Notes under the pieces: model-generated
Seen by the model: only the letters and a program-made list of their open reading frames with translations
Told to the model about the DNA's origin: nothing
Database searches by the model: none
Made by a program: the position numbers and the translations under genes
DNA from: Bacillales bacterium
Lineage (GTDB): Bacteria > Bacillota_I > Bacilli_A > RFN20 > CAG-826
Length of the DNA: 64,000 bases
Direction of reading: 5' to 3'
Assembly: GCA_016290145.1 (NCBI GenBank)
Contig: JAEESX010000001.1
Span: 2,900 to 66,899, forward strand
Part shown: in pieces, positions 55,672 to 64,000 of the stretch
How positions within the stretch are numbered: the first letter of the stretch is position 1
How the letters are laid out: each line of letters begins with the position of its first letter

Positions 55672-58600
55672 ATGAGATTCGCACCCTTACATGTAGTAAC
55701 TTGTTATTCTTTACTTCAAAGTGGGCTCACCATGGAAAGAATCGGACATGCCTTAAGCACAAACGATTATTTCGGCATGGGCATGAGCGATATTGAAACA
55801 ATGGCGGGTGTTCCACCATTTGCGAAGTTAATGGTTAAAACTAAAAAGCCATATCTTATCGGTGAAGAATTTGAAGTTGAAGGAGATAAGTTATCTTTAT
55901 ATGTTTTAAACGAAGAGGGCTATCGAAACTTAATTAAGCTCAACACCATCTCTCAAAAAGAACTCATCACTGTTGAAACCTTAAAACAATATTCATCTGG
56001 TTTAGCAGCAGTTCTAGAAACAGTTAGAGGTAAGTTTAAAGAATTATTCGTCGAGAATTACGATTCTTCATTTAACAAATACCTCTTAAAACTTTCTGAA
56101 CCATTTAAAGATAACTTCTACTTAGGTATTGAAGTCACTTCTAAAGAAGGTGTCAAATACGCAAATAGAGTGAGAAAATTCGCTAATGAATTCACCTATC
56201 AATGTATCGCCTTCCCAAAGATAATGTACGAAAAGAAAGATGATAAAATCATCTTGGATATGGTTGATGCCATCTCTAACGACCTTAAATTAGATCACAA
56301 AGCAGCTTCTGGTCAGGATTATTTCATGACCGAAGATAACTACGCGAAGATATATTCCAAAGTAGAAATGGATAACACTATTGAATTAGTAAAGAAATCC
56401 ACATTTAACTTCTCGCAAAAAAGAGGACAAATCCTCCACTATCCTGTCGAGAATTCTGAAAATGAATTAAGAAGAATTTGCGAAGAGAAGTTAGAAGAAT
56501 TAAAGTTAACAGACCAAAAATATAAAGACCAACTTAACCATGAATTAGAAACCATTTTCAAGATGGGTTATGCGGATTATTTCCTCATCGTCATGGATTA
56601 TGTTAATTACGCAAAAACTCACGATATCTTAGTGGGTCCTGGTAGAGGTTCCGCAGCGGGTTCTTTAGTGAGTTATCTTTTAGGCATCTCTGAAGTTAAT
56701 CCTATGGATTACGACTTGCAATTTGAAAGATTCTTAAATCCATATCGTCAAACCATGCCTGATATTGACGTCGACTTTATGGATAACAAGAGAGATGAGA
56801 TGATTCAGTATTTGCGTGATAAATATGGATCAAATCGTGTCGGTGTTATCGCCACATTCCAAACTATCGGTGCTAGACAATCGCTTAGAGATGTTGGAAG
56901 AATCTTTAACTACAACACCAGATATATCGATTTATTATCCAAGAAATTAACGAATAAGGATTTGAATTTAAGAGAGTCATATAAGAAACTCCCAGAATTC
57001 CGCGCCTTAGTCGATAGCGATAAATTCTTTTTAGAAATCGTTGCATTAGCAAGCAAACTCGAAGGACTTCCAAGACAAAGCGGATTACATGCTTCTGGTG
57101 TTATCTTAAATGACAAACCATTAGAAGACTGTATTCCAGTTAGTGCTTCTATTGATGATAACTACATCACACAATACGAAGCGGAATATTTAGAAGAACA
57201 AGGTCTATTAAAGATGGACTTCCTTGCTTTAAGCAACCTTACAATTATTTATAATTGTGTCAAACTCATTAACTATCGACACAACCTCAATTTAAAATGT
57301 GATGAGATTCCTTATGACGCTAAGGAAATCTTTGATTTAATTCTCTCTAATAAAGTCTTGGGTATCTTCCAAATTGAAACTCAATTAATGAGAAGATTAC
57401 TTAAGGTTCTTAAACCATCCACATTTGATGATATTGCGGTTTTATTAGCCCTTGATCGTCCAGGTCCTATGAAATATGCATCAACCTATGCGAGAAGAAA
57501 AGAAGGTAAAGAGAGATTTGGCTATCTTTCAGACGGATTAAAAGAGATTTTAGCTCCAACATATGGAATTATCGTCTATCAGGAACAAATCAACAATATC
57601 GCAGTTAAAATGGCCGGTTTCACCCTAGGTGAAGCGGACTTGTTCCGTAGAGCGGTCTCTAAAAAAGATAAAGATAAATTAGCGGGTCTTAAGAAACAAT
57701 TTGTTGATGGCTGTTTAAGGAAAGGTTATTCACAACAAGTCAGTGAAGAAACCTTTAATGATATTTTGAAGTTCGCTGAATACGGATTTAATAAATCCCA
57801 CTCAGTGGTTTATGCAATTATCGCCTGCCGTATGGCGTGGCTCAAAGCCCACTACCCATTAGAGTTCTATGTTTCCTTATTAGGCGGTAGTTCTGCGACA
57901 AGTGATAGCAAATTCAGCGAATATGTTTTAGAAATGAATTCTTTAGGTATTAAGATGCTACCACCAGACATTAATGAATCAATTAACACATTCATTATCA
58001 AAGATAATTCGATTCTTTATCCGTTAACTGGTATTAAAGAAATCAATATGAATATGATGGAAAAGATTCATGAAGATAGATTAGAAAATGGTAAATACAA
58101 ATCATTCTTCGATTTCATTTCTAGAATGTTTAGCAAATTAACAAGCACGCCACTTACTGAGCAACAGCTCAATAACTTTGACTCTAAAATGGAAATCTTA
58201 GTGTCCGCTGGTGCGTTTGATGATATATATCCATCTCGTCAATCAATGAGAAAATCCATTCTTAAAGGTAGAATGTATGCTCAAAACTTAATCGTTGAGA
58301 ATGGACAACTTATGTTAGATAGTTCCATCATTCCTCCTCCACTTATGACGGAAGAGAAAGATGATCCTGTTTATAACTTAGATAGAGAATATGAAGTGTT
58401 AGGTGTGATGTTATCCGATAATCCATTAACACTCCAAAAAGATAGACTTGAGGCAAAGGGTGTTATTAATATCATCGATGCCAAAGAAGAAACAAACGAA
58501 GTATTAGTCGCAGGCATAATTAAGCAAAAGAAAGTGATTAATACGAAGAAAGGTGAACAAATGGCGTTCATCAAAATCTTCGATGAAACAGATGAACTAG

Positions 58601-58746
58601 AATTCACTGTGTTCCCAAGAACATATAAAGATGTTGCTTCTCTATTAGAGAAGAATGCGATTATCATCGCAAAAGTTAAAAAACAAATTGGTCAGGATGA
58701 AGAAGTGTTCATTGCTGAAGAAATAAAGAAATTGGAGGATGAATAA
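55672..58746 (+). CDS. dnaE: DNA polymerase III alpha subunit, DnaE-type
   Basis: 1024 aa with an N-terminal PHP domain, a polymerase core and a C-terminal OB fold. Not PolC-type, as no exonuclease insertion is present. Confidence 0.9.
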   Translation: MRFAPLHVVTCYSLLQSGLTMERIGHALSTNDYFGMGMSDIETMAGVPPFAKLMVKTKKPYLIGEEFEVEGDKLSLYVLNEEGYRNLIKLNTISQKELITVETLKQYSSGLAAVLETVRGKFKELFVENYDSSFNKYLLKLSEPFKDNFYLGIEVTSKEGVKYANRVRKFANEFTYQCIAFPKIMYEKKDDKIILDMVDAISNDLKLDHKAASGQDYFMTEDNYAKIYSKVEMDNTIELVKKSTFNFSQKRGQILHYPVENSENELRRICEEKLEELKLTDQKYKDQLNHELETIFKMGYADYFLIVMDYVNYAKTHDILVGPGRGSAAGSLVSYLLGISEVNPMDYDLQFERFLNPYRQTMPDIDVDFMDNKRDEMIQYLRDKYGSNRVGVIATFQTIGARQSLRDVGRIFNYNTRYIDLLSKKLTNKDLNLRESYKKLPEFRALVDSDKFFLEIVALASKLEGLPRQSGLHASGVILNDKPLEDCIPVSASIDDNYITQYEAEYLEEQGLLKMDFLALSNLTIIYNCVKLINYRHNLNLKCDEIPYDAKEIFDLILSNKVLGIFQIETQLMRRLLKVLKPSTFDDIAVLLALDRPGPMKYASTYARRKEGKERFGYLSDGLKEILAPTYGIIVYQEQINNIAVKMAGFTLGEADLFRRAVSKKDKDKLAGLKKQFVDGCLRKGYSQQVSEETFNDILKFAEYGFNKSHSVVYAIIACRMAWLKAHYPLEFYVSLLGGSSATSDSKFSEYVLEMNSLGIKMLPPDINESINTFIIKDNSILYPLTGIKEINMNMMEKIHEDRLENGKYKSFFDFISRMFSKLTSTPLTEQQLNNFDSKMEILVSAGAFDDIYPSRQSMRKSILKGRMYAQNLIVENGQLMLDSSIIPPPLMTEEKDDPVYNLDREYEVLGVMLSDNPLTLQKDRLEAKGVINIIDAKEETNEVLVAGIIKQKKVINTKKGEQMAFIKIFDETDELEFTVFPRTYKDVASLLEKNAIIIAKVKKQIGQDEEVFIAEEIKKLEDE

Positions 58747-58748
58747 TT

Positions 58749-61346
58749 ATGCCACGTATAGTCATTATTGATGGTAACTCATTGTTATTCAGAGCCTATT
58801 ACGCAACCGCGTACCCAGGCGTTGAAATTATGCGTAGCCAAGATGGCACACCAACAAACGCTATCTTCGCATTCTCCAACATGATGAATAAATTCCTTTC
58901 TACATTAAAAGAAGGTGAATGTTTATTCGTTGCTTTTGATGCTGGAAAACATAATTTTAGACATGACCAATTAGAAACATATAAAGCTAATAGAAAACCA
59001 GCACCTGAAGACTTAGTTAAACAGTTCCCATTAGTTAGGGAATTCCTAAGAGCGTTAGGTATTTATCAATTCGAAGAAATCGGATTTGAAGGTGATGATA
59101 TTGCGGGTACAGTTGCTAAACTCGCAGAGAAGGAAGGATACACAGTTGATGTCTATACTTCCGATAGAGACTTCTTACAATTAGTCACTGATAAGATTAC
59201 TGTAAATATCTTAAAAACTGGTTTATCAAATGTTGTTCCAATGACACCAAGTTTAGTCAAAGAAACATATGGTTTTGAACCACTACAAATCATTGACTAT
59301 AAAGGTTTAAGAGGTGACTCAAGTGATAACCTACCAGGTATTCCAGGAATCGGTGAAGTTACCGCGGTCAAATTATTAAGTGAATATGGTAGTTTCGATA
59401 ATATTGTTGCTAATGCAGACAACATTAAAGGCAAAGTCGGACAGATGATTAAAGAACACCAAGACATTGGTAGGATTTCTCGTGATTTAGCGGTCATCCA
59501 AACCAACATTGAATTACCATTCGATATTAAAGATTTAGAGTATCAAGGTTATGACTTCCAAACCATTAATGAATTCTGCCAAAAATACGGTTTAAAACAA
59601 TTCATAAATAAAGTTCAACCAAAATGGAAAAAGAAAGATTTTGCAAAAGAAGATCTAACTGTTAAGACCATTAAAACATTTGAAGGAATTGATGTCGGAA
59701 ACGATATTGGCATCGCTTTAGATTTCGCTGACGAAAACTATACACTCAGTGATTTTTATGGCTTAGTGATTTCCAGTAACGGACTACACTATTACATGTC
59801 TGTTGAAGATTTGGAAAATGATGTTGCAGTTAAAGCGATTCTTAAAAATGGTTCTATTAAAAAATACTGTTATGACTATAAAGCAATTAAAGTTGCATTA
59901 GCCAAAAAGAACATCGAAATTAACGGTGTCTATTTTGATTTATTGATCGCATCATATCTCGTTGATAGTTCCTTAAAGAACAATCCAGAAATTGTCATGA
60001 ATATCTATGGTGTCGACTTCTCAGAAAACGAAGAACAACCATCATTATTCTCTGCAGAAATGCCACAAAAAACTGCAAAAATGGCATATTTCTCTTTAAG
60101 ACTAAAAGATAAAGTTTATGCAGAGTTAGAGAAGATTGATGCTGTTAAACTATACGAAACATTAGAAGTCCCACTTATTGACACCCTTGCGGATATGGAA
60201 ATTGAAGGATTCCCATTAGACGGTAAGAAGTTAGATGAGTTCGGTGATGTTTATAAAGAAAAAGAAAATGTTCTCGCGAAAGAAATCTATGAAATGGCGG
60301 GAGAAGAATTTAACTTAGCTTCTCCAAAGCAAATCGCTGATGTCTTATTTAACAAAATGGGATTAAGCGCAAATAGAAAACAATCCACTTCTGTCGATAA
60401 CTTAAAAGACATCGCGGATGAGCACCCAATCGTCAATAAGATTCTCGAATATCGTAAGTACTTTAAGCTCGTCTCTACATACATTGAAGGACTTAAAGCA
60501 CACATCCATAAAGATGGTAAGATCCACGCTAAGTTTAACCAAGCCCTTACCACCACTGGAAGACTCTCTTCTAGTGAGCCAAATTTACAGAATATTTCAG
60601 TACGTGATGAAGAAGGAAAACTCATCAGAAAAGCCTTCTATTATCCAGATGATGATATCGAGATTTTATCTTTAGACTATAGCCAAATTGAACTTAGAGT
60701 TTTATCTAGTTTATCAGGCTGCAAAGCGTTGCAAGATATCTTCCGTTCAGGTGAGGATATTCACTCCGCAACCGCGAAGAAAATATTTAACCTAGAAGGT
60801 GAACCAACTGATTTACAAAGAAGAAGAGCTAAAACAGTCAATTTCGGCATCGTTTATGGTATCTCTGACTGGGGTTTAGGTGATCAATTAGGAATGGGTC
60901 CAAAAGAGGCTAAAAAGATTATCAATAGTTTCTATGAATCGTTCCCTGAAATTGGTACCTTCTTCCAAGGCATTATCGCTAACGCCACAAAGGATGGTTA
61001 TGTCTCCACCTTATTAGGTAGAAGAAGATATTTAAGAGAAATTCACGATAGCAATTATCAGGTGAGAGAGTTTGCTAAACGTGCCGCAATGAATGCTCCA
61101 ATTCAAGGCACCGCTGCTGACCTCATCAAACTCGCTATGATATCAGTTGCTAAAGCCTTAAAAGAAGGCGGTTATAAATCTAAGATGGTTTTACAAATCC
61201 ATGACGAATTAATCATCAAGGTTTATAAGGAAGAAAAAGAACAAGTTTATAATTTAGTCAAATCCACTATGGAAAACGCTATGCACTTTGATGTGCCACT
61301 AGAAGTTGATGGAGGATTTGGTAAAACTTGGTATGACGCTAAATAG
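58749..61346 (+). CDS. polA: DNA polymerase I
   Basis: 865 aa with 5'-3' exonuclease N-terminus, motif A DYSQIELR, motif B RRRAKTVNFGIVYGIS and motif C QIHDEL. Starts 2 nt after the dnaE stop. Confidence 0.95.
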   Translation: MPRIVIIDGNSLLFRAYYATAYPGVEIMRSQDGTPTNAIFAFSNMMNKFLSTLKEGECLFVAFDAGKHNFRHDQLETYKANRKPAPEDLVKQFPLVREFLRALGIYQFEEIGFEGDDIAGTVAKLAEKEGYTVDVYTSDRDFLQLVTDKITVNILKTGLSNVVPMTPSLVKETYGFEPLQIIDYKGLRGDSSDNLPGIPGIGEVTAVKLLSEYGSFDNIVANADNIKGKVGQMIKEHQDIGRISRDLAVIQTNIELPFDIKDLEYQGYDFQTINEFCQKYGLKQFINKVQPKWKKKDFAKEDLTVKTIKTFEGIDVGNDIGIALDFADENYTLSDFYGLVISSNGLHYYMSVEDLENDVAVKAILKNGSIKKYCYDYKAIKVALAKKNIEINGVYFDLLIASYLVDSSLKNNPEIVMNIYGVDFSENEEQPSLFSAEMPQKTAKMAYFSLRLKDKVYAELEKIDAVKLYETLEVPLIDTLADMEIEGFPLDGKKLDEFGDVYKEKENVLAKEIYEMAGEEFNLASPKQIADVLFNKMGLSANRKQSTSVDNLKDIADEHPIVNKILEYRKYFKLVSTYIEGLKAHIHKDGKIHAKFNQALTTTGRLSSSEPNLQNISVRDEEGKLIRKAFYYPDDDIEILSLDYSQIELRVLSSLSGCKALQDIFRSGEDIHSATAKKIFNLEGEPTDLQRRRAKTVNFGIVYGISDWGLGDQLGMGPKEAKKIINSFYESFPEIGTFFQGIIANATKDGYVSTLLGRRRYLREIHDSNYQVREFAKRAAMNAPIQGTAADLIKLAMISVAKALKEGGYKSKMVLQIHDELIIKVYKEEKEQVYNLVKSTMENAMHFDVPLEVDGGFGKTWYDAK

Positions 61347-61354
61347 GAGAATAT

Positions 61355-62752
61355 ATGCCAGAACTACCAGAAGTCGAAACAGTTAAAAGCGTTCTTGAAA
61401 AAGTCGTTAATGGAAGAACAATTCAAAAGATTGATATCTTAAGATCTAGTTCCGTCGCAGGAGACAAAGAACAATTCGTTTCATCCTTAAAAGGTGAAAA
61501 GTTTTTAAGCATGTCTCGTATTGGCAAGTTTCTAATATTCCATCTCACTAATGACAAAGTCATTATCTCCCACTTAAGAATGGAAGGTAAATACTACGAA
61601 TTAGATGAAAAAGAGCCGAATACCAAATACGCACGCGTTGTCTTACATTTAGATAACGGACATAAAGTTTGCTATGACGATTCTCGTTGTTTTGGATATA
61701 TGAGACTCTCTAATGAAAGTATCTATCTTAAAGATAAAGAGATTGCAAAACTCGGTCCTGAACCATGGGATGCTGATATAGATAAGATAATGAAACAAGT
61801 TAAGAGAAGTTCCTTGCCAATCAAGAGTGCTTTATTAAGCCAAGAACTCATAACTGGATTAGGTAACATATATGTCGATGAAACTTTGTTTGCGGCAAAT
61901 ATACATCCATTAATACCTGCGAACAAAATTACAAAGAAACAATGGGAAATTATTAAGAAAGAAGCTTCTAGAATTCTTAAAGACGCTATCGTTTCTGGTG
62001 GCTCCACGATTAAGAGTTATCACCCAGGTAAAGATATCGATGGCAACTTCCAATCCAAATTACTCGCTTATGGTAAAGGCGGAACTAAATGTCCAAAATG
62101 CGGATCAACATTTAGATTTATTAAAGTTGGCGGAAGAGGAACAACCTTCTGTCCAAACTGCCAAGAATATCATGGTAAAGAAATTAAAGTTGCTATCTTC
62201 GGTAAGATTGCTTCTGGTAAATCCACAATTTTAAATATTTTTAAGGAACAAGGAATTCCTACTTTATCTGCGGATGAAGTTGTTAAAGATTTGTATAATA
62301 AGAAAGAAGTTATTAACCTAGTTAATAATACTTTTGGATTAAAGGGAAACACAATCGATAGAAACGCTTTAAGAGATCTATTAGCAAATGATTCTAAAAA
62401 CATTAGAAAGATTAATAAGATTGTTCATCCATTAGTGAAAGAAGAAACCAAAAAGTTCTTAAAAGAAAATAAAGGTATTGTCGCGGTTGAAGTCCCACTA
62501 CTTTATGAAAGCAAAATGGACAATCTTTTTGATGTCATCATCGCAGTTGATATCAAAGATAAAAAGCAAGCTGAATTAATATCTCAAAGAGATGGTAATA
62601 AAGCCAAAGATTTAAAGACTATTAATAAGGCATCAACTTTTGATAACAATAAAAATAAGGCCGACTTCATCATTATAAATGATGCCGACCTTGATTCACT
62701 AAATAAGAAAGTAATTAATATTATTAATAAATTGAAATGTCGCCTAGACTAA
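61355..62752 (+). CDS. mutM-coaE: Fused formamidopyrimidine-DNA glycosylase (Fpg/MutM, residues about 1-270) and dephospho-CoA kinase (CoaE, residues about 275-465)
   Basis: Fpg N-terminus MPELPEVETV and zinc finger CPKCGSTFRFIKVGGRGTTFCPNCQ. The ORF then continues in frame through EYHGKE into the CoaE P-loop IKVAIFGKIASGKST with no stop. Manual translation of 62090-62300 confirms this. Confidence 0.8.
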   Translation: MPELPEVETVKSVLEKVVNGRTIQKIDILRSSSVAGDKEQFVSSLKGEKFLSMSRIGKFLIFHLTNDKVIISHLRMEGKYYELDEKEPNTKYARVVLHLDNGHKVCYDDSRCFGYMRLSNESIYLKDKEIAKLGPEPWDADIDKIMKQVKRSSLPIKSALLSQELITGLGNIYVDETLFAANIHPLIPANKITKKQWEIIKKEASRILKDAIVSGGSTIKSYHPGKDIDGNFQSKLLAYGKGGTKCPKCGSTFRFIKVGGRGTTFCPNCQEYHGKEIKVAIFGKIASGKSTILNIFKEQGIPTLSADEVVKDLYNKKEVINLVNNTFGLKGNTIDRNALRDLLANDSKNIRKINKIVHPLVKEETKKFLKENKGIVAVEVPLLYESKMDNLFDVIIAVDIKDKKQAELISQRDGNKAKDLKTINKASTFDNNKNKADFIIINDADLDSLNKKVINIINKLKCRLD

Positions 62753-63638
62753 TTTCTTCATCGCACATTGATTGAATTAGTTTAGCAATTTGTTTGGCGC
62801 GGATAGCGCCTGCTTTTGTATTGCTATAAAGTGCTTCAATATCAGAAATTGTGAAGTCGCTTGTAAAGATTGTTAATAATCTCTTACTTGCACGTGTGGA
62901 TAATATTGGGAATAAAATTGCATCTCTTACAAAATCATTTTTGAATTCATTTCCGAAATCATCTAAGACAAGAATTGGAATATTAGAATACAATTCTAAT
63001 TTCTTATCAAATTCTTCTTTTTTCTTTCCATAACCCAAATCGTTAATTTCACGTAATCTGAGTGTGCTATTTAAGAAGCAAACTGGACCACGATTCTTTC
63101 TTGCGGCATCAACGATTAAGGAAGCGGCAAAATATGAACGTCCACTATTTTTGCTACCAGTTAAATAGATCCAAGAAGCTTGTTTATTTTTGATAAAGTC
63201 ATGATATTTAACCATAGCTTTATTTCTGCCACTTGTTCTATCGATAGAACGGAGGGAGGAATCTAACCAATCTTCTTCAAAGTCTCTAACGACAAATTGT
63301 TTTTTGAAAGTAACATCTTTTAAGAGTTCTTTACATGGCACCATTTGTCTATCAACTTCGCCTTGAGAATAAATGATTCTTGTGCAAAGCAATGGATTTG
63401 ATTTAGCGCATTTCTTAACACCTGGACATTTGTTGCAGTAATTGATATCCCTGACAAGATCATAGATCTTCACGATATTCTCTTCGACTTTATCCGCAGG
63501 TATGCCTAATTCATTACAATATTTAATTGCTTGTGGGCACGCCATATAGGCTTTCTTCATGTCTTCAAGAAGTTTCTCGTCAGCGTCATAGTTTGGTAAG
63601 TTACTAATCTTAAGCTTTTCCATTGTCGTCTCCTCCAT
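62724..63638 (-). CDS. dnaI: Primosomal helicase-loader DnaI with a degenerate Walker A
   Basis: 304 aa with an N-terminal Cys-rich zinc module (CPQAIKYC...CNKCPGVKKC). AAA+ domain has Walker A GSKNSGRS (R in place of the invariant K) and Walker B ILVLDDFGNE. Confidence 0.65.
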   Translation of the reverse strand: MEETTMEKLKISNLPNYDADEKLLEDMKKAYMACPQAIKYCNELGIPADKVEENIVKIYDLVRDINYCNKCPGVKKCAKSNPLLCTRIIYSQGEVDRQMVPCKELLKDVTFKKQFVVRDFEEDWLDSSLRSIDRTSGRNKAMVKYHDFIKNKQASWIYLTGSKNSGRSYFAASLIVDAARKNRGPVCFLNSTLRLREINDLGYGKKKEEFDKKLELYSNIPILVLDDFGNEFKNDFVRDAILFPILSTRASKRLLTIFTSDFTISDIEALYSNTKAGAIRAKQIAKLIQSMCDEEISLGDISIY

Positions 63639-64000
63639 CTTCTTCTATATCATCAAGTAAGGCATCCCAGTTAGGTTCTTCCTTATTTGATTTTGTCTTC
63701 TTTTCGGTTTGTTGTTGTTCTTGAACAACAGGTATTTCACTATATTCTTTTCTTTGTTGTCCGCGAGACACTTTCTTTAAGTAGTTCATCGCATCAATTG
63801 TTGTGGTCACTCCTTCTCTTGCTAAGGAAGCACCAATCTTTTCACAGAATGAACGAGAAAGTATATTATTATTTGTTGCTAATACATAATCGATAATCGC
63901 ATTAATAACTGCGTTATTGAGATTGAACTTCTTAGATAAGTCATTCACTATTCTTAAGTCGCTTAACGCTGGTTGACTACCGTTTTGTAATAACGCTAAG
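63610..64000 (-). CDS. DnaB-type (B. subtilis dnaB-like) replication initiation / membrane attachment protein, C-terminal DnaD-like domain; gene continues beyond window end
   Basis: The frame stays open through 64000 (manual translation ...LALLQNGSQPALSDLRIVNDLSKKFNLNNAVINAIIDYVL...). The 3' end overlaps dnaI by 29 nt. The dnaB-dnaI pairing matches Bacillus. Confidence 0.4.
   Translation of the reverse strand, partial: LALLQNGSQPALSDLRIVNDLSKKFNLNNAVINAIIDYVLATNNNILSRSFCEKIGASLAREGVTTTIDAMNYLKKVSRGQQRKEYSEIPVVQEQQQTEKKTKSNKEEPNWDALLDDIEEDGGDDNGKA

Noticed and set aside
61998-62234. 78-aa plus-strand ORF in the +1 frame spanning the Fpg-CoaE junction. It could have indicated a frameshift separating two genes.
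   Set aside because: Manual translation shows the main frame runs uninterrupted from the Fpg zinc finger into the CoaE P-loop. The +1 ORF has no homology signal, so it is a shadow ORF.
1-64000. Searched for CRISPR arrays, tRNA or rRNA genes, IS elements or transposases, integrases, and long direct or inverted repeats.
   Set aside because: No run of regularly spaced direct repeats, no cloverleaf-compatible intergenic segments (all gaps under 150 bp), and no transposase- or integrase-like ORFs were seen.

Overview
This 64 kb window comes from a low-GC, lipoprotein-rich bacterium. TGA is used as a stop (for example at mutS2), so the standard genetic code applies. The division cluster is pared down to mraZ-rsmH-ftsA-ftsZ with no mur or PBP genes. 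At least eight secreted proteins carry lipoboxes, and two large surface proteins are anchored by C-terminal transmembrane (TM) segments instead of LPXTG. From this I infer a wall-less or wall-reduced Firmicute/Tenericute, such as an Acholeplasma- or Anaeroplasma-like lineage, or Erysipelotrichia. There are no rRNA or tRNA genes, CRISPR arrays, transposases or long non-coding gaps; every intergenic gap is under 150 bp. Positions 1-18.4 kb are conserved housekeeping genes, mostly on the minus strand: uvrC N-terminus, mutS2, rnhC, rluD, lspA, ileS, ftsZ, ftsA, rsmH, mraZ, yceD, pheT, pheS, a TrmH-family methyltransferase, a YgjP/DUF45 protein, a DUF523/TudS-like protein and a dimeric dUTPase-like protein. 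Positions 18.9-53.3 kb form a roughly 34 kb alpha-glucan (starch and maltodextrin) utilization region, all on the minus strand except one gene. Its left part holds glgP, glgB and a MalEFG plus MalK ABC importer with an inserted RDD-family membrane protein. Its right part is a Sus-like set of lipid-anchored GH13 enzymes (two type I pullulanases, two alpha-amylase-family proteins) and MalQ. It also holds a Cof-type HAD phosphatase, a CotH-family lipoprotein, several surface proteins that appear to be starch-binding and carry Flg_new (Listeria-Bacteroides) repeats, and an orphan thiS-thiF pair. Positions 53.4-64 kb on the plus strand hold ackA, nrnA, dnaE and polA. They are followed by a single ORF that fuses formamidopyrimidine-DNA glycosylase to dephospho-CoA kinase, then dnaI and the start of a DnaB-type primosome gene on the minus strand. 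The most novel-looking content is the lipoprotein-based starch capture and degradation locus. Within it the most unusual parts are the SusE/F-like and tandem-repeat binding proteins, the CotH-like kinase-family lipoprotein and the embedded ThiS/ThiF pair.
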